Below are positions 10,126 through 22,128 of a stretch of 56,949 nucleotides of DNA, one piece after another. The position numbers and the translations under genes were made by a program. Positions within the stretch are counted from its first letter, which is position 1. Every line of letters begins with the position of its first letter. Source of the stretch: Ministeria vibrans ATCC 50519 (Eukaryota > Protista > Filasterea); contig CALSCP010000121.1 in NCBI GenBank assembly GCA_943704425.1, positions 1 to 56,949 on the forward strand, written 5' to 3'. The notes under the pieces were generated by a model. The model saw nothing but the letters and a program-made list of their open reading frames with translations, had not been told where the DNA came from and made no database searches.

Positions 10126-13100
10126 TTACAGAAAAAGCGAAAAAGGTTGATCATGCACAAAGGCCAGCTCGTCCTCATTCGTCTCTGTCTCTCCCTCCTC
10201 TTCCTTCTGCCCTTCTTCCTCCCCCTCCTCTTCCTCATACAGTTCAAACGGATCCACAGAGTCCTCTTCCCCCGCGGCGACTGCAGCCGCCGCAGCCGCC
10301 GCCCCAAGACACGGCGCACCGACAACCTGAGCGAGAAAGTGCTCGCGCTCCTCGTACGACGTCTTGCTGGAACACAGATTCCGCGGACGCCGTGCATCGC
10401 CTGTGTAGTTGCCGACACGCTCGCAAAAGCCAATGAAGCGACGCCAGAGAGGGTCGACCGAGAGCACGCGCGCATTGCCCACGACGATAAGCAGACACTG
10501 ACTGCGCGTGATGCTCACATTGAAACGCTTTGGTTGGTGCACCAGACCCACATTGAGACGCACGTCGTGGGTCACCCGTGACACTCGCGACCGTGTCGTC
10601 GACACAAACACAATCTCACGCTCTTGCCCTTGCAAATCCTCTGCGGTGCCCACATTTACTTGACCCGCACCCGCTCGACGCAGTAGCTCACGAATACGCT
10701 TGACCTGCGATCGAAACGGCGCAATCACTCCCACATTGGTGGCCGTGAGCGGCAATAACACACCCAATTGCTGCTGCTGTTGCTCTTTTTGATGTTGTTG
10801 TTCGAGGTGCTTGAGAACGTCCACAACGAGCCGCGACACGGCAGACGCTTCAAAGATGTTGAATGCAGAACGGTCCGACTCGTCGCTCATACAGTCTCCT
10901 TCCACATGATAGAAAAGCACCGGCACACGGCCATTGCTGAGCTGAGGCCAGTCACAACAGCGGTCCGTCAAGTGAGCGGGCGCATGGCACTCAAGCGAGC
11001 GTGCACCACCGTAGAAGAGATCCGATGGCAACGCAAGCATGGCTGGGTGGTTGCGGTAGTTGTGGCGCAGTTGCGTAAGACTGCGCAATGTCGCTGTTGT
11101 TGACATGTCGACGGCTCTCGACTCTTGATGACTGCTGCGATTGCTGGTGCCTGTGGTGCTGGTGCAGCGACGGACATAAAGCAGCTGCTGTTGGTAAACG
11201 GGGAGGTGCATAAGGCGCTCCTGCAGCGACATCTGGAAGCCACAGGCAACGGCTTGAGGCGAACGCACATTGGGACCCAGCTGGAAGTGATCTCCGGCAA
11301 GGACCACCTGACAGCGCAGATCAACAATGGAGAGCGGCACGAGAACCTCGGGCTCCGTCGCCTGTGCACACTCGTCCACGAACAAGTGTGTAAAGTGCTG
11401 AGACGACAGTCCTAGCGAGCGCATTGTACCGGAATCGACACAGGTGGCAACAACAATGCGGAACCCGACGAGATCGGCAAGCGGAGCACACACGGGAAGG
11501 TCAAGGCCAGCCTCGTTGACGAAGCGCGTGTAGGCTTGTACATAGGCTGGAATGCTAGATTTGTCACGTGAGGCGTCAAAAAGACGAAACATGTCAGCAG
11601 GAGAGAAGAAGCAACTAAGACGCGCGACAAGGACATCGGCTGCGGCGTGCGAGGGTGCCGTGATGAGCACACGCGTTGTGGTGCGACGGCACACGCGACG
11701 CACTGCCGCCACGACAGTTGCTGTCTTGCCACTGCCTGGCGGGCCAAAAACAACGTAGGGAAGCACACCGTTGGTGTGTGCGTCAATGTCACAGACGGCG
11801 CGTCGTTGCGAGTGGTTGAGCAGCACAGTCGCATCGTTGGCTGCCATGGCCATAGAGTACTGTGGCTGTTCTTGCTGTTGTTGCTGTACAAGAAAAGGCG
11901 CAGAGCGTCCATTTGTGGAGGGCGTTGACTTGTGTTCGTCTTCCACGCGACTCTGTTCGTCGCGAATGCTTCTGTCGTGCACCAAGAGGGACACTGCATT
12001 TGAAAGGGGTATTGTGAGCACGTCGATGGTGGGAAAGAGACGCTGGCGCATGCCACTGCTGCGACCCCCAAGAACACGTCCTATCAGTGCACTAGCGCGC
12101 TTCATTTCGGCCATAGGTTTGCCGCTGAGGGTGAAACGGAGGACGCAGGGAAAGGTGGGAGGCGGATCGAGTGTGTCTGTGGTGTGTGCGTGTGTAATGT
12201 TCATGCACATGACAATGTCGCCTGTGCGACGGTTCACGGCCGACACAACCCCTTCATACTCGTAGATGGGAATGTTGTGAAAGCGGACGAGCAGACGGTC
12301 GCCGTGGTAGACGGGCGGGTGGTTCTCGAGGATGCCCGGCACGTTGAGGGTGTACGACGTGCACTGGGACGGCGTTGCGCCCGCCACGGCCGTCAGAGTC
12401 GTCTGGAAAAGCGTAAACATACGCAGGTCACGCTCCAGTTGACGCTCTTCAAACCACAACATGTTTTGTAGGTGCTTTGGGTAGACGTCGGGTGTGAGCT
12501 CGGTTGGCGAGCACCCCGCCACTTTGGTCAGTTTGACGGGGTTGCACAGCGGTGGCACAATGCGCAACGGTGTCTGTAGCACGTCGAAAAGCGGCACAAA
12601 TTGTGGAAGTCTCAACGTGGGATCCGGCGGAGGTGGGCCGTATACCATCACTGGCTTAGCCTCGATGAGTCGGAGAATCCTGGCTGGGATAAACTCGGGA
12701 GCGTGCGGATTGAGCATGGACTGCGCATCGAGCGTGTCCACCACCGAGGCACGCACCGAGCGCACAAAGATGGAGGCGTTGTTAAAGCGGAGGACAAGCC
12801 AGGCACGGAGCGTGCCCAACGGAACGCGGTGCCAGTCAATGCGCACACGACACTCAGCGGACGTCTCACCCGCAAGCACAACAGGCGGTGTCTGTCTTGT
12901 CCCGCCATCCCCCGTCCCAATGCAGACATGCAGCGCCGGCACATTGGACACAATCAGACAGTTTTGCACCGTGGCTGGCCGGACCGTGAAAAAGGCCAAT
13001 GCGCTGGCGCGACAGAGATAGAAAAGAAAACAGACAGTGAGTGAAATAATATTATGTTATTTTTTTCTTTCTTTCTTTCTTTTGACGCGAACCGTTCGGC

Positions 13101-13372
13101 TGTGCAAGGTACGCTGCTTTTGTCGGTGCGAACATGTGTACCAAAGTCGACACTCTCGGATACGCTGACCCCGTCGTGCGATGAAGCGCGAGCAGTGACT
13201 GGGAGTCTGAAACAAATGTCAAGTTCGACCAAAGACTTTAGTTTGTCGCTTACTCTCTCACTAGAGAATACGCACGTCGGGCAATCAAGAGGGCATCCTC
13301 ATCATTGTCTCTGCCAAACTCTCCTTCAATGGTATTGGTCAGCAGTTGGAGATGTTCCACAATATCTGACAT
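10126..13372 (-). CDS. MOV10: MOV10/SDE3/Armitage-like UPF1-family SF1 RNA helicase with two short 5' introns
   Basis: LWFEE, LNVPGILENHPPVYHGD, PYVVFGPPGSGKT (Walker A), APSHAAAD, FTHLFVDECAQATEPE, LAGDHFQLGP, NYRNH, EDLQGQER, KRFNVSITRSQ. ATG at 13372 is inferred from upstream spliced exons. Confidence 0.88.
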
Positions 13373-13677
13373 GATGTAACAACAATAATAATATAATAAT
13401 GATTATCAATCAGTGATCAATCATAAATAATTGGAAATGTCTTCTTTTTCTTCGTAAATTGACGGCTGCCAAGAATAATGCCAACTGTCGACTACTCGAC
13501 TGTCGAGTGGGGCGTATTTCTCAGACTGAGACGACTCAGAGAAAAGATCCACTTCAGTCAACGTCGAATAATAATTAATAGAAGAAGAAGAATACAACTT
13601 TTAACTTTACAACTTTTATGTTCAGTTTTACGCGCTTGGCATTTTCTCGCAGCGTTCCTTTGATACTGTCTCGAAAC

Positions 13678-15332
13678 ATGTCGCCGAAAAAGGTCAAGGC
13701 GAAGCGGGCCTTTGACTTTTCCAAATATTCGACACGTCGAGTCGCATTTCGGTAAGCGATCGTCTCTCTCTTGAATTGCTCATTCCCGGCTTATCCTTCG
13801 CTTGCCGTGTGTTCCTTTGTGCACCAAAGGGTCGCCTACCTTGGATGGTCGTATCGGGGCGTCGCAGCGCAGCAGAATGTCGCTGATACGGTTGAGGTAC
13901 AAGGAGACACAACTTGCGCTTTTGCCATCGTCTGACTTTTGCCTTGTGTGACGCAGGAACACTTCTTCAATGCACTTCTCAAGACACGCCTCATTGAGGC
14001 AAAGGCCACGTGCAACTTCTCGCGCTGTGGGCGCACCGACAAAGGCGTCAGTGCAATGGGCCAGGTGTTTGCGCTGACTGTTCGCTCCGGTCTCACTGCG
14101 GGCCCTGGCATCATCCCCCCAGCCAAGACCCTTGCAGACGACGAGACCGCGGCGGCGTCATCAACATCATCAACAGCAGCAGTAGCAGCAGTAGCAGCAG
14201 CAGCAGCTGCAAAATCAACGGAGAACGTCTCTGAGATTAGCTATTGCCATATGCTCAACGGTGCTCTCCCTAAAGACATTCGTGTGCTCGCTTGGGCACC
14301 TGTACCCGAACCCACCGCCGAGTACCCTTTTAGCGCACGCTTTAGTTGCACCCAGCGCGAATATCGCTACTACTTCCCGCTGGGCGCTCTCAATCTCGCT
14401 CGCATGCGCGATGGCGCACTCCGTCTCACCGGCGATCACGACTACCGCAACTTTTGCTTGCCCGACATTCAAAATGGCGTCCGGTCGTTTCGTCGCAAAA
14501 TTACCTCCTTCACCGTCGAGCCGTGTGACCTTCCAGGTGCCCCTTCGGCGCCTTTGCCCTCCTCTCCTTTTGCCATGCACCAAATGGTCATTTGTGGCTC
14601 GGGCTTTCTCTATCATCAAGTAACAATTCGGACATTGTATACCCACTAGCTCAATTTTTTTTTATTTGTTTGCCTCAGGTGCGCTGTATGGTTGCGGTTC
14701 TGTTTATGATTGGAGAGGGAAATGAAGAGGCGTCGTTGATTGACGCCATGTTGGATGTGGAGCAAATGACGGGAAAGCCATCGTATGGGATGGCATCTGA
14801 GCTGCCACTGGTGCTGCACGAGGCACAGTACGCCGTTGTGGATGGGGAGCGGGTGCGGATGTTACAGGGTGACGATGATGGTGAAGATGTGAATGATGCG
14901 ACTGCTGCTGCTGGTGGTGCTGCTGCTGGTGGTGGTGGTGGTGGTGCGCGGGGCGTGTCGAGCCCGTTGGAGTGGCAGGTGGATGCGGGTGCTTTGCAGC
15001 GCCTTGAGGCAGTGTCGATGGAACTTTGGCGTGAACATGCATTGCGCTCGACCATCATTGCGAGTCAACTTGCCCTCATTCGATCCCTCGCCCCTCCACC
15101 ACAATCAGCCACATCCACTACGACGACGACAGGCGTCTCGCACAAACCAATGCTAGAGCGTGGTCGCATGGGCTCCCTTGACGACCGCATCCGTCTCCTT
15201 GATGACGACCTGCGTCAACGTGGGCTCCCCGTGCCTGTTGCTGGGGGTACCAAGCGTCCTGCGTCGCCCCCATCAGACCCCGATGGGTCCACAGGGGCCG
15301 TTGACGATTCAAAACGTCACAGACCAGACTGA
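13678..15332 (+). CDS. PUS3: tRNA pseudouridine(38/39) synthase (TruA family, Pus3/Deg1), 4 exons
   Basis: KRAFDFSKYSTRRVAFR, AYLGWSY, FSRCGRTDKGVSAMGQV (catalytic Asp), FSARFSC, GDHDYRNFC, GSGFLYHQVRCMVAVLF. Start codon is uncertain. Confidence 0.9.
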
Positions 15333-15403
15333 AATAAAAATGAAAAAATAAACGCGTTGTACAAAACTTTTTTTTTACTACTGTTGAAGACATTTTTATA
15401 TTA

Positions 15404-16783
15404 TTATCCGAGGTTCGTGAGAATGGAGCGAATGTTGAGTGCGTGAAGGGATTGTGGCGGGAGTGCGGCAAGAGAGTCACGGAGGCGAGCGGTGAGTGAG
15501 GAGGAGGCAAAAAGGCGGTGAGAGGAGGCGAGACGCGAGAGACGCTGAAGGACAATGGAGAGGGACTCAAGCGCCGACGAGTTGGAATTGTCACTGTAGA
15601 GGGCAGCACAGGCACGGAAGAAGCCCGTGTGGTGAGCGGCCTGGTCGAGAAACTGCGCGAGAAGTGGGTCGGGTTGTGCAGGTGGTGGTGGTTGCTGTGG
15701 GCTCTGGATGAGTTGGAGCGCAGCGTCGGCAGCGACACGTGCCATTGAGGGAGAGCCTGAGTGGAGTGCGCGTGAGAGAAGGTCGAGGCCATGTAGTTGA
15801 AGGAACAGCGATTTGGAAGGAGCGCTGGTAAGGTCGCGTGCAAGCACTTGAAGTGCAGAAAGAATACGATCGGTGTGAACACTAGAGCGGAGGAGACAGA
15901 GTGCGGAGACAACGCGGATGGGCGCTGAGTCGATGTGTCGCATGAAGCGTCCGGCGGTGGCAGCACCCGTTCCTGCCAGCTGGTCACCCAGACGACGGTG
16001 TGTCACTGTAGTGCTGGGTTGACTATTGTCAATGACAAGCAAGACACGGTGAAGCACACGTGCAGTTGAGAGGTCGCGTTGAGGAGGAAGCAGCAGCAAA
16101 TGTTCGGCAAAGAGTGGAAAGAGTGCCTGTGCTATTTCACCATTCATATCGTCACAGACAGCGCCATTCCAGTCCAGCAGTGCGCCGCTCATTTCCACAA
16201 AGGCACGCAAACGAGCACGCGTCACTTTCAATTGCGCCGCCAGCTGGTCGTTCTTATCGACATCTGGTGGGGGTGGTGGTGGTGCGTGTGGCGTTGACTC
16301 AGCAGCCACCGATTGCCTTTGTTGTTTGATACTCCGACGCAGCGCCGCGACTTCTCGCCGTTCGCTCTGCAAGCAAACTTCCAGCGCATCATGATTCGCC
16401 TGCATTTCGATCCGTTGCGCCTCGGAATCGGCCAGCTTCCGCCGCAGTCCGTCGCGCAATTGCCGAAGATTGTGTATAATGCGCGCCGAGTCGTCTGCGC
16501 GCGATTCCATCCGCTGACGCACTCCCTCTTCCACGAGTGCACTCACATGTTCATCCAACGTCCGTTCGCGCTCCATCAACAAGTCTCGTTTCCGTCGGAG
16601 CGCTTCGGCGATTTCTCGAAATTCGTCCATGACACAAGTCATTTCCGTCGCTGTCGCCGCCACCGTCGTCGTTGGCGCAGCCGGTGACCGGCTTTGTCGT
16701 CCACTACGAACTTTCCGATGAATCTCCGAGATGGACGCCTCGCCCTCGTCCCCATCGTTGTCGAGTAGAAGATCAAAAAGCAT
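15404..16783 (-). CDS. CCDC138: CCDC138-like coiled-coil protein (centriolar satellite / cilia-associated family), intronless
   Basis: Resembles recalled CCDC138 motifs along its length: AEALRRKRDLLMERE, LFPLFAEHL, RRLGDQL, DLTSAPSKSLFLQ, FFRACAAL, LESLSIVLQRLSRL, LNIRSILTNLG. Confidence 0.72.
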   Translation of the reverse strand: MLFDLLLDNDGDEGEASISEIHRKVRSGRQSRSPAAPTTTVAATATEMTCVMDEFREIAEALRRKRDLLMERERTLDEHVSALVEEGVRQRMESRADDSARIIHNLRQLRDGLRRKLADSEAQRIEMQANHDALEVCLQSERREVAALRRSIKQQRQSVAAESTPHAPPPPPPDVDKNDQLAAQLKVTRARLRAFVEMSGALLDWNGAVCDDMNGEIAQALFPLFAEHLLLLPPQRDLSTARVLHRVLLVIDNSQPSTTVTHRRLGDQLAGTGAATAGRFMRHIDSAPIRVVSALCLLRSSVHTDRILSALQVLARDLTSAPSKSLFLQLHGLDLLSRALHSGSPSMARVAADAALQLIQSPQQPPPPAQPDPLLAQFLDQAAHHTGFFRACAALYSDNSNSSALESLSIVLQRLSRLASSHRLFASSSLTARLRDSLAALPPQSLHALNIRSILTNLG

Positions 16784-16790
16784 GAATAAA

Positions 16791-16803
16791 TTTGGGCGCC
16801 AAA
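16791..16803. promoter_or_regulatory. Near-palindromic E2F-type site in the 56-bp bidirectional promoter of CCDC138/TIPIN
   Basis: TTTGGGCGCCAAA; the minus strand reads TTTGGCGC, matching the TTTSSCGC consensus, directly upstream of a replication-fork gene. Confidence 0.5.
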
Positions 16804-16839
16804 ATTGAAAATTATTCACATTAATTTCCCCTTCTCAGT

Positions 16840-17485
16840 ATGATGACCACCGCTTCTGTCGCTGCGGCAGCATCTGCTGCATCTGCTGCTGCATCTGCTG
16901 CTGCCAGCACTGCAAACCTGTCGACCACTGCAACTTCAGCTGCTGACGAAGATGTCGCGGCGTACTTGACGGCGTGGAACAACGACGACGACGACGACGA
17001 CGACATGGCCTTGCCGCCTTTACCGCCCGCCCTCTCGCCTCCTCGCCTCGAAGACCTCACTCGCGCCGTCACCGCCGCGCCTGCATTGTCGTCGACGACA
17101 ACCACTACAGCGACAGCGACAAAAGCAGCTGCTGCCGCCGTAGCAGCAGCAGCAGCGTCAGGCACCGCCAAAGCCAAGGCGAACAAAGCTTGGAAAACAA
17201 CCGGCAAAATCACCAAACAGAGCTATGCCCCCAAGCCAGTGGCGTCTACGAGTACTGACGCAGAGGGTGGTGGGGGCGCAGGAGGGGCGGCGGCTGCCGA
17301 AGGCGAAGAAGAGCCAAAGGTAAGCAATTGAGTACAATTGTGAGTGTCTTCGTATGGCTCATTGCATCTCAAAACGCGCCACTCACACATACTCTCTCTC
17401 TCTATCACTTTGTTTCTCTCTCTCTCTATCGCTTTGTTTCTCTCTCTCTCTCTATCGCTTTGTTTCTCTCTCTCTCTCTATCACT

Positions 17486-17527
<42 letters not shown>

Positions 17528-17556
17528 CTTNNNNNNNNNNNNNNNNNNNNNNNNNN

Positions 17557-17607
<51 letters not shown>

Positions 17608-17925
17608 TAGCTGAACTGTTTTTTTTCTACTTCTTAACCTTGTTCGATCTCTCTTGTAGGGAAAGGACACGAAGCATCAGACTTAAAACGTCTGTTGCAG
17701 TACTACGCACTGTGGGCACACTCGTTGTACTCAAAAATGGCATTTGAAGACTTTGCGGAGCGACTAGAGACACTGGGGAGCAAAGGGGAAGTGAAAAACT
17801 ACGTGTCACGCCTGGTGCACTCGGGGGTCGCAGACGATGGACTCGTACACTCAAGCGACGAAGAAGACGACGACACTGCACCACCCACCACAACAACTAC
17901 AACAACAACAGCACCTGCGCCAGTG

Positions 17926-17966
<41 letters not shown>

Positions 17967-18216
17967 GGCAGTAACAACAGCAGTGGCTCCCATGGACGTA
18001 CCCGAGGACGACGAGCTGCTCATGGCCATTATGGAAGAGCAAGAGCACATGCGCACCATTAACAACAACAACAACAACAGTAGCAGCCATCATGGTCGCG
18101 AGGACGACCCCGAGGAGCCTGATTGGGAGGATTTTGATGGGGACATTGTGATGAATGAGACGCGCAACGCAGAGTCCACTGTCGTTCCAACTGCACTCAA
18201 TTTTGACGAAGAATAA
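16840..18216 (+). CDS. TIPIN: TIPIN/Swi3/Csm3 replication-fork protection protein; exons 16840-17319 and 17660-18216, with one exon probably lost in the N gap
   Basis: KGHEASDLKRLLQYYALWAHSLYSKMAFEDFAERLETLG is the Swi3 domain core. Confidence 0.82.
17531..17556. other. Assembly gap (26 N) flanked by (CT)n and (CA)/(TA)n microsatellites
   Basis: Run of N in the sequence. Confidence 0.99.
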
Positions 18217-18243
18217 AATAACAGAATATACTCTTTCACTTTT

Positions 18244-19511
18244 TTAGCATTTGTTTTGGGAGGCAAAGATGGTGGCAGGCTCTTTGAAGTCGATGGTGAG
18301 ATGGCCGCGGTTGGGACCGTGGTAGGAAGGGCCAAGAGGAGTGGTACAAGTGAGGGGAGGGGACGCACTGGGAGCACTGGTGGCCCACATGACGAAGAAG
18401 GGGATGTTGTACTCGACGGGAATATCGTGGTGGCCCGTGTGAAAAGGCCGAGTAAAGGCAACGGTGCGGCGATGTGTGATGGGGTCGTCATGGATGGAAG
18501 TCTGCGAGAGGATCATAGCGCTGTTGTCGGTAGGCGCGCCGACGTAAACGTCATCGACAAACATAGAGCGAATGCAGTCGGCGCCCGTTTGTGCGTCCTT
18601 GTAGCCCAGCACAATGTCGGTGTTGTTCATGCCCGGGAAGGTCATGCCAAAGCCAAAGGCAACAAATCCGTTGGTTGGCGCACTGATGGCCATGCGCAAC
18701 TCCTGCTTTGCCTCGTCAAAGTCCCACGCCATGCGGTAGTCGAGAGCGTGGTTAAGGACGTAGCAGTGCTCGTAGGCGGCCAGGTGCTGGTGGCGAGGGC
18801 TGTTTGCAAGCGCCTGGTAGACGGGCTCGGGTGCCGGCGGAGTTTGCAGGCGCCCATTCTTGAAGGGACAGCCACCGCTGCGCCGCACCTTGCTATGGCC
18901 GTCCTTGTCCTCCTTCAACGTGCACGGCGGCGGCAGCGGCGTGTACTGCACGTCGGTCGGAAGCTTCCTGGTCGTGCGCTTAAAGAAGCTGTGCATGTGG
19001 ACGACCGGCTCGGCCAGCAGCACCTGAGACTGGAGCGTGTCGGTCGTCTCGTCGAGGGCCAGCGTCCACTGCAGCAGGTGACAGCCGCCAATGCGGACCG
19101 GCGCACACCACACATAGTGTGTCTCGTTCGTTCGGTCCGCCTGCACTTCGAGCGTCGTCACAACGCGTGCAGCCTCCGGAAAGAAGTCTGTTTGTTGTTT
19201 TTTGAGAGAGAGATAAGGGGAAATTTTGGGAATTTTTCAGACGTACGTCGAATAATTCCACAATAGGTAAGCGTTGTCTCGTTGACCCAAAACTGCTGTT
19301 GGGAGCCCGGAATCATGTATTCGGTGGCGTTTAAGGTGTCGCTGATGAGATGGCCGTACGGCACGGCTGCAATGTGCAGATCAAAACTTCGCAAAAACGG
19401 TCCAAGTGTCGTCTCGTCAGGAGTTCCCTCCCACACGCCCTCAAATTTGGGCGACAGTGCCGCGATAGACGGAACCAACGAGAGGAGTGCAGCAAGCGGT
19501 AATGCCAGCAT
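18244..19511 (-). CDS. Secreted protein with a C-terminal DOMON domain (heme/catecholamine-binding type), one intron near 19190-19245
   Basis: Signal peptide MLALPLAALLSLVPSIAA. YRMAWDFD...GFVAFGFG...GMNNTDIVLGY...VAFTRPF...VMWA...YHG, with the Met and His heme-ligand positions retained. Confidence 0.72.
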
Positions 19512-19704
19512 TCCAAAAAAAAAACGAAGAAAAAAAGTGACTGAATTGAAAATTGAAAATTTTAATCATTAAAGTTTGGTCACACACACACTTTTTTTTA
19601 ACCTCATCTCTTTCTTCCTCCCATCGGTGTAGTTGGACTCGTTATTTCAGTGCGCGGGAGATTTTTTTCCCGAGAGTGAATAGTTTTGAAGTGATCGTTT
19701 GGAA

Positions 19705-22063
19705 ATGGCCATTTCGGTGGCGGTGTTTGTTGCTGTTGTGGTGAGCATCAGTGTGGCCGCACTGACGCTTCTCATTGTGGCGCTGTGCCTCCGTCGCCGG
19801 TTTGAGTCGAGTTTGATGGCTCAGACGGCGCGGGCGGAGCAGGCAGCGGAAGTGGCGCGTCAGGAGACGGAGATGAAGTCGAGCTTTCTCGCAAACGTCT
19901 CGCACGAGATCCGCACACCACTGCACGCCATTCTCACGTACGCACGCGATCTGCTGAGCGAAGGCAACGGTATGGACCGACGCGAGACGGCCGAAACCGT
20001 CTCCATGGTTGTGGGGAGCGCTGAAAACCTGTTGGGTCTGGTCAACGACATCCTTGACTACAGCAAGATGAGTGCAGGCAACATCCAGCTGAATCTCCAG
20101 ACGCTCTGCATGTACGAGGTGGTCGACGAGGTGGTCGAGCTCCTCTCGGCCCGTACCCTCAGCAAGGGTGTCGAGATTATTGCGTCTGTCAACCTCAGTG
20201 ACTTCCACTTTCCCATAACAGGCGACGCGCTCCGTCTCAAGCAGGTCATTACCAACCTGCTGGCAAACGCTGCCAAGTTCACCGAGTCGGGCCAGGTCAT
20301 TGTTGAAGTGGACCTGGTCGAGATGTACGACGACAAGTGGAAGCGCTCGTCGATGCGCATGCCCTCTGCCACGCGCGTGCCCGTCACACGCACCTACTCG
20401 GCACCGCGAGCACCGCGCGCGCCTCGCAAACAGTCGGGCGAACTAGACGCAATCACGCGCAACACAGTTCAGTGCCATTTTATTCTAGTGCGCATCATCG
20501 ACAGTGGCATTGGTCTCGAAAAGTCCGCCACCTTCCGTCTCTTCCAGCGCTTCTCGCAACTCGATGGCTCCAACACACGCCAGTTTGGTGGCACAGGACT
20601 GGGCCTAGCCATTTCGGCCGGTCTCGTCGGTATCATGGGTGGCCGCATCGGCGCCATCAGCGACGGTCCTGGCAAGGGCTCCGAGTTCTTCTTTTTCATT
20701 CCCACTCACATTACGGGCTCCGACGTCACGCGCAACTACGCTCGTCAGCTCGAACTCAACCAGCTCTTCTCAACCACTGGTTCGCAGAGCGCCCTCAACA
20801 TGAGCTCATCACCACACGTCTCCCAAAGCAACAGTCAGCACCAAAGCCATCAACAACATCATCATCATCGCCACTTGGGCGGTCGGTCATCCACCGACCT
20901 CCTAAACCCCTCCGCGTCGGCCACTCATCAACAACACTTGTCGACAAGCGGTGCCTCTGGATGGGTTTCGAGTAGCTCCTCCGTGGGCTCTGGTCGCGGA
21001 CGTAACGGCCAGGCAGACCCCAAGAAGACGCGCCAGCAACAATTGATGCGCCAGCAGCAACAGCAAGAACACGACTCTGTCGAGTCAATGCAGCGGACAC
21101 CCCACTCGACCACGCGCACTTCGTCGGCCATTGGCGCTCGCATTACCTCACCCTCGGACCCTTCCGCTGTTGACAGTGTCGTTACCAACCTAGATTCATC
21201 ATCGTACATTCAACAACAACAGCAACAACAACTGAAACGAGAACAACATCATCATCAGCATCAACAGCAACAGCGTTGGCGGCGGCTATCACCATCGCCT
21301 CAGCGACGGCAGCGCGACGAGCCAACGAACTCCCCTACCACTGGTGACCCTGATCGCACAAGCTCACCTGAGACGGACACTCAACAACAACAGGAGGACG
21401 ACGAGAGTGCGGCAGCCGTTGAGGAAGAAAGCCACATTGTGCTGCGTCCCTGGTCAGCCATTGCACGTCGCGTAGCAGTCCCGGGCGACCACTGTGCCGA
21501 CCTGCCACAGACCACCCGTGTCATGATTGTGTATCGCAACACAACAGTACGTGCTGTTCTCGCGCGCTGGTTTGCCTCGTGGAATGTTGAGTATCTAGCG
21601 GTGGGCACAGCCGAGGAAGGCTTTGACGCACTGGCGCGCTGTGGCCAGGATCATTTCAACGTGGTCATTGTCGACATTGACAACGAGACCATTCCTCACA
21701 TGTCAGGCTCGTTGCTCACCGCCGAGTCATTGGACCTCTTGCTCCCGCCTGGGGTTCGCTTTGTTCTCGTCTTTGACCGTAACATGCGCTTCCATCGCAA
21801 CGCGAACGCGCCTCTTGACGAAGCCTGGTTCCAACGCCCAAACTGCAGCGGTCTCTATAAGCCCCTGCGCAAACGCACCCTCTGGACCGCCGTGCTCGGA
21901 GACGATCAGCCCAATCCGCTTGCACACCCCCTCTACCGTCCCGTCCCCGCCACTGCCGACAAGCGACTTCATCGTTCCAGCTCCCGTCGCAAAAGCTCAC
22001 GTCGTCGCCGCGCCATTCAGCAGCAGCTCCAACTCCAACAACAACAACAGCAGCAACAACAGC

Positions 22064-22128
<65 letters not shown>

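Noticed and set aside
18256-19266. 336-aa plus-strand ORF
   Set aside because: Antisense to the DOMON gene, which has the recognisable motifs and signal peptide.
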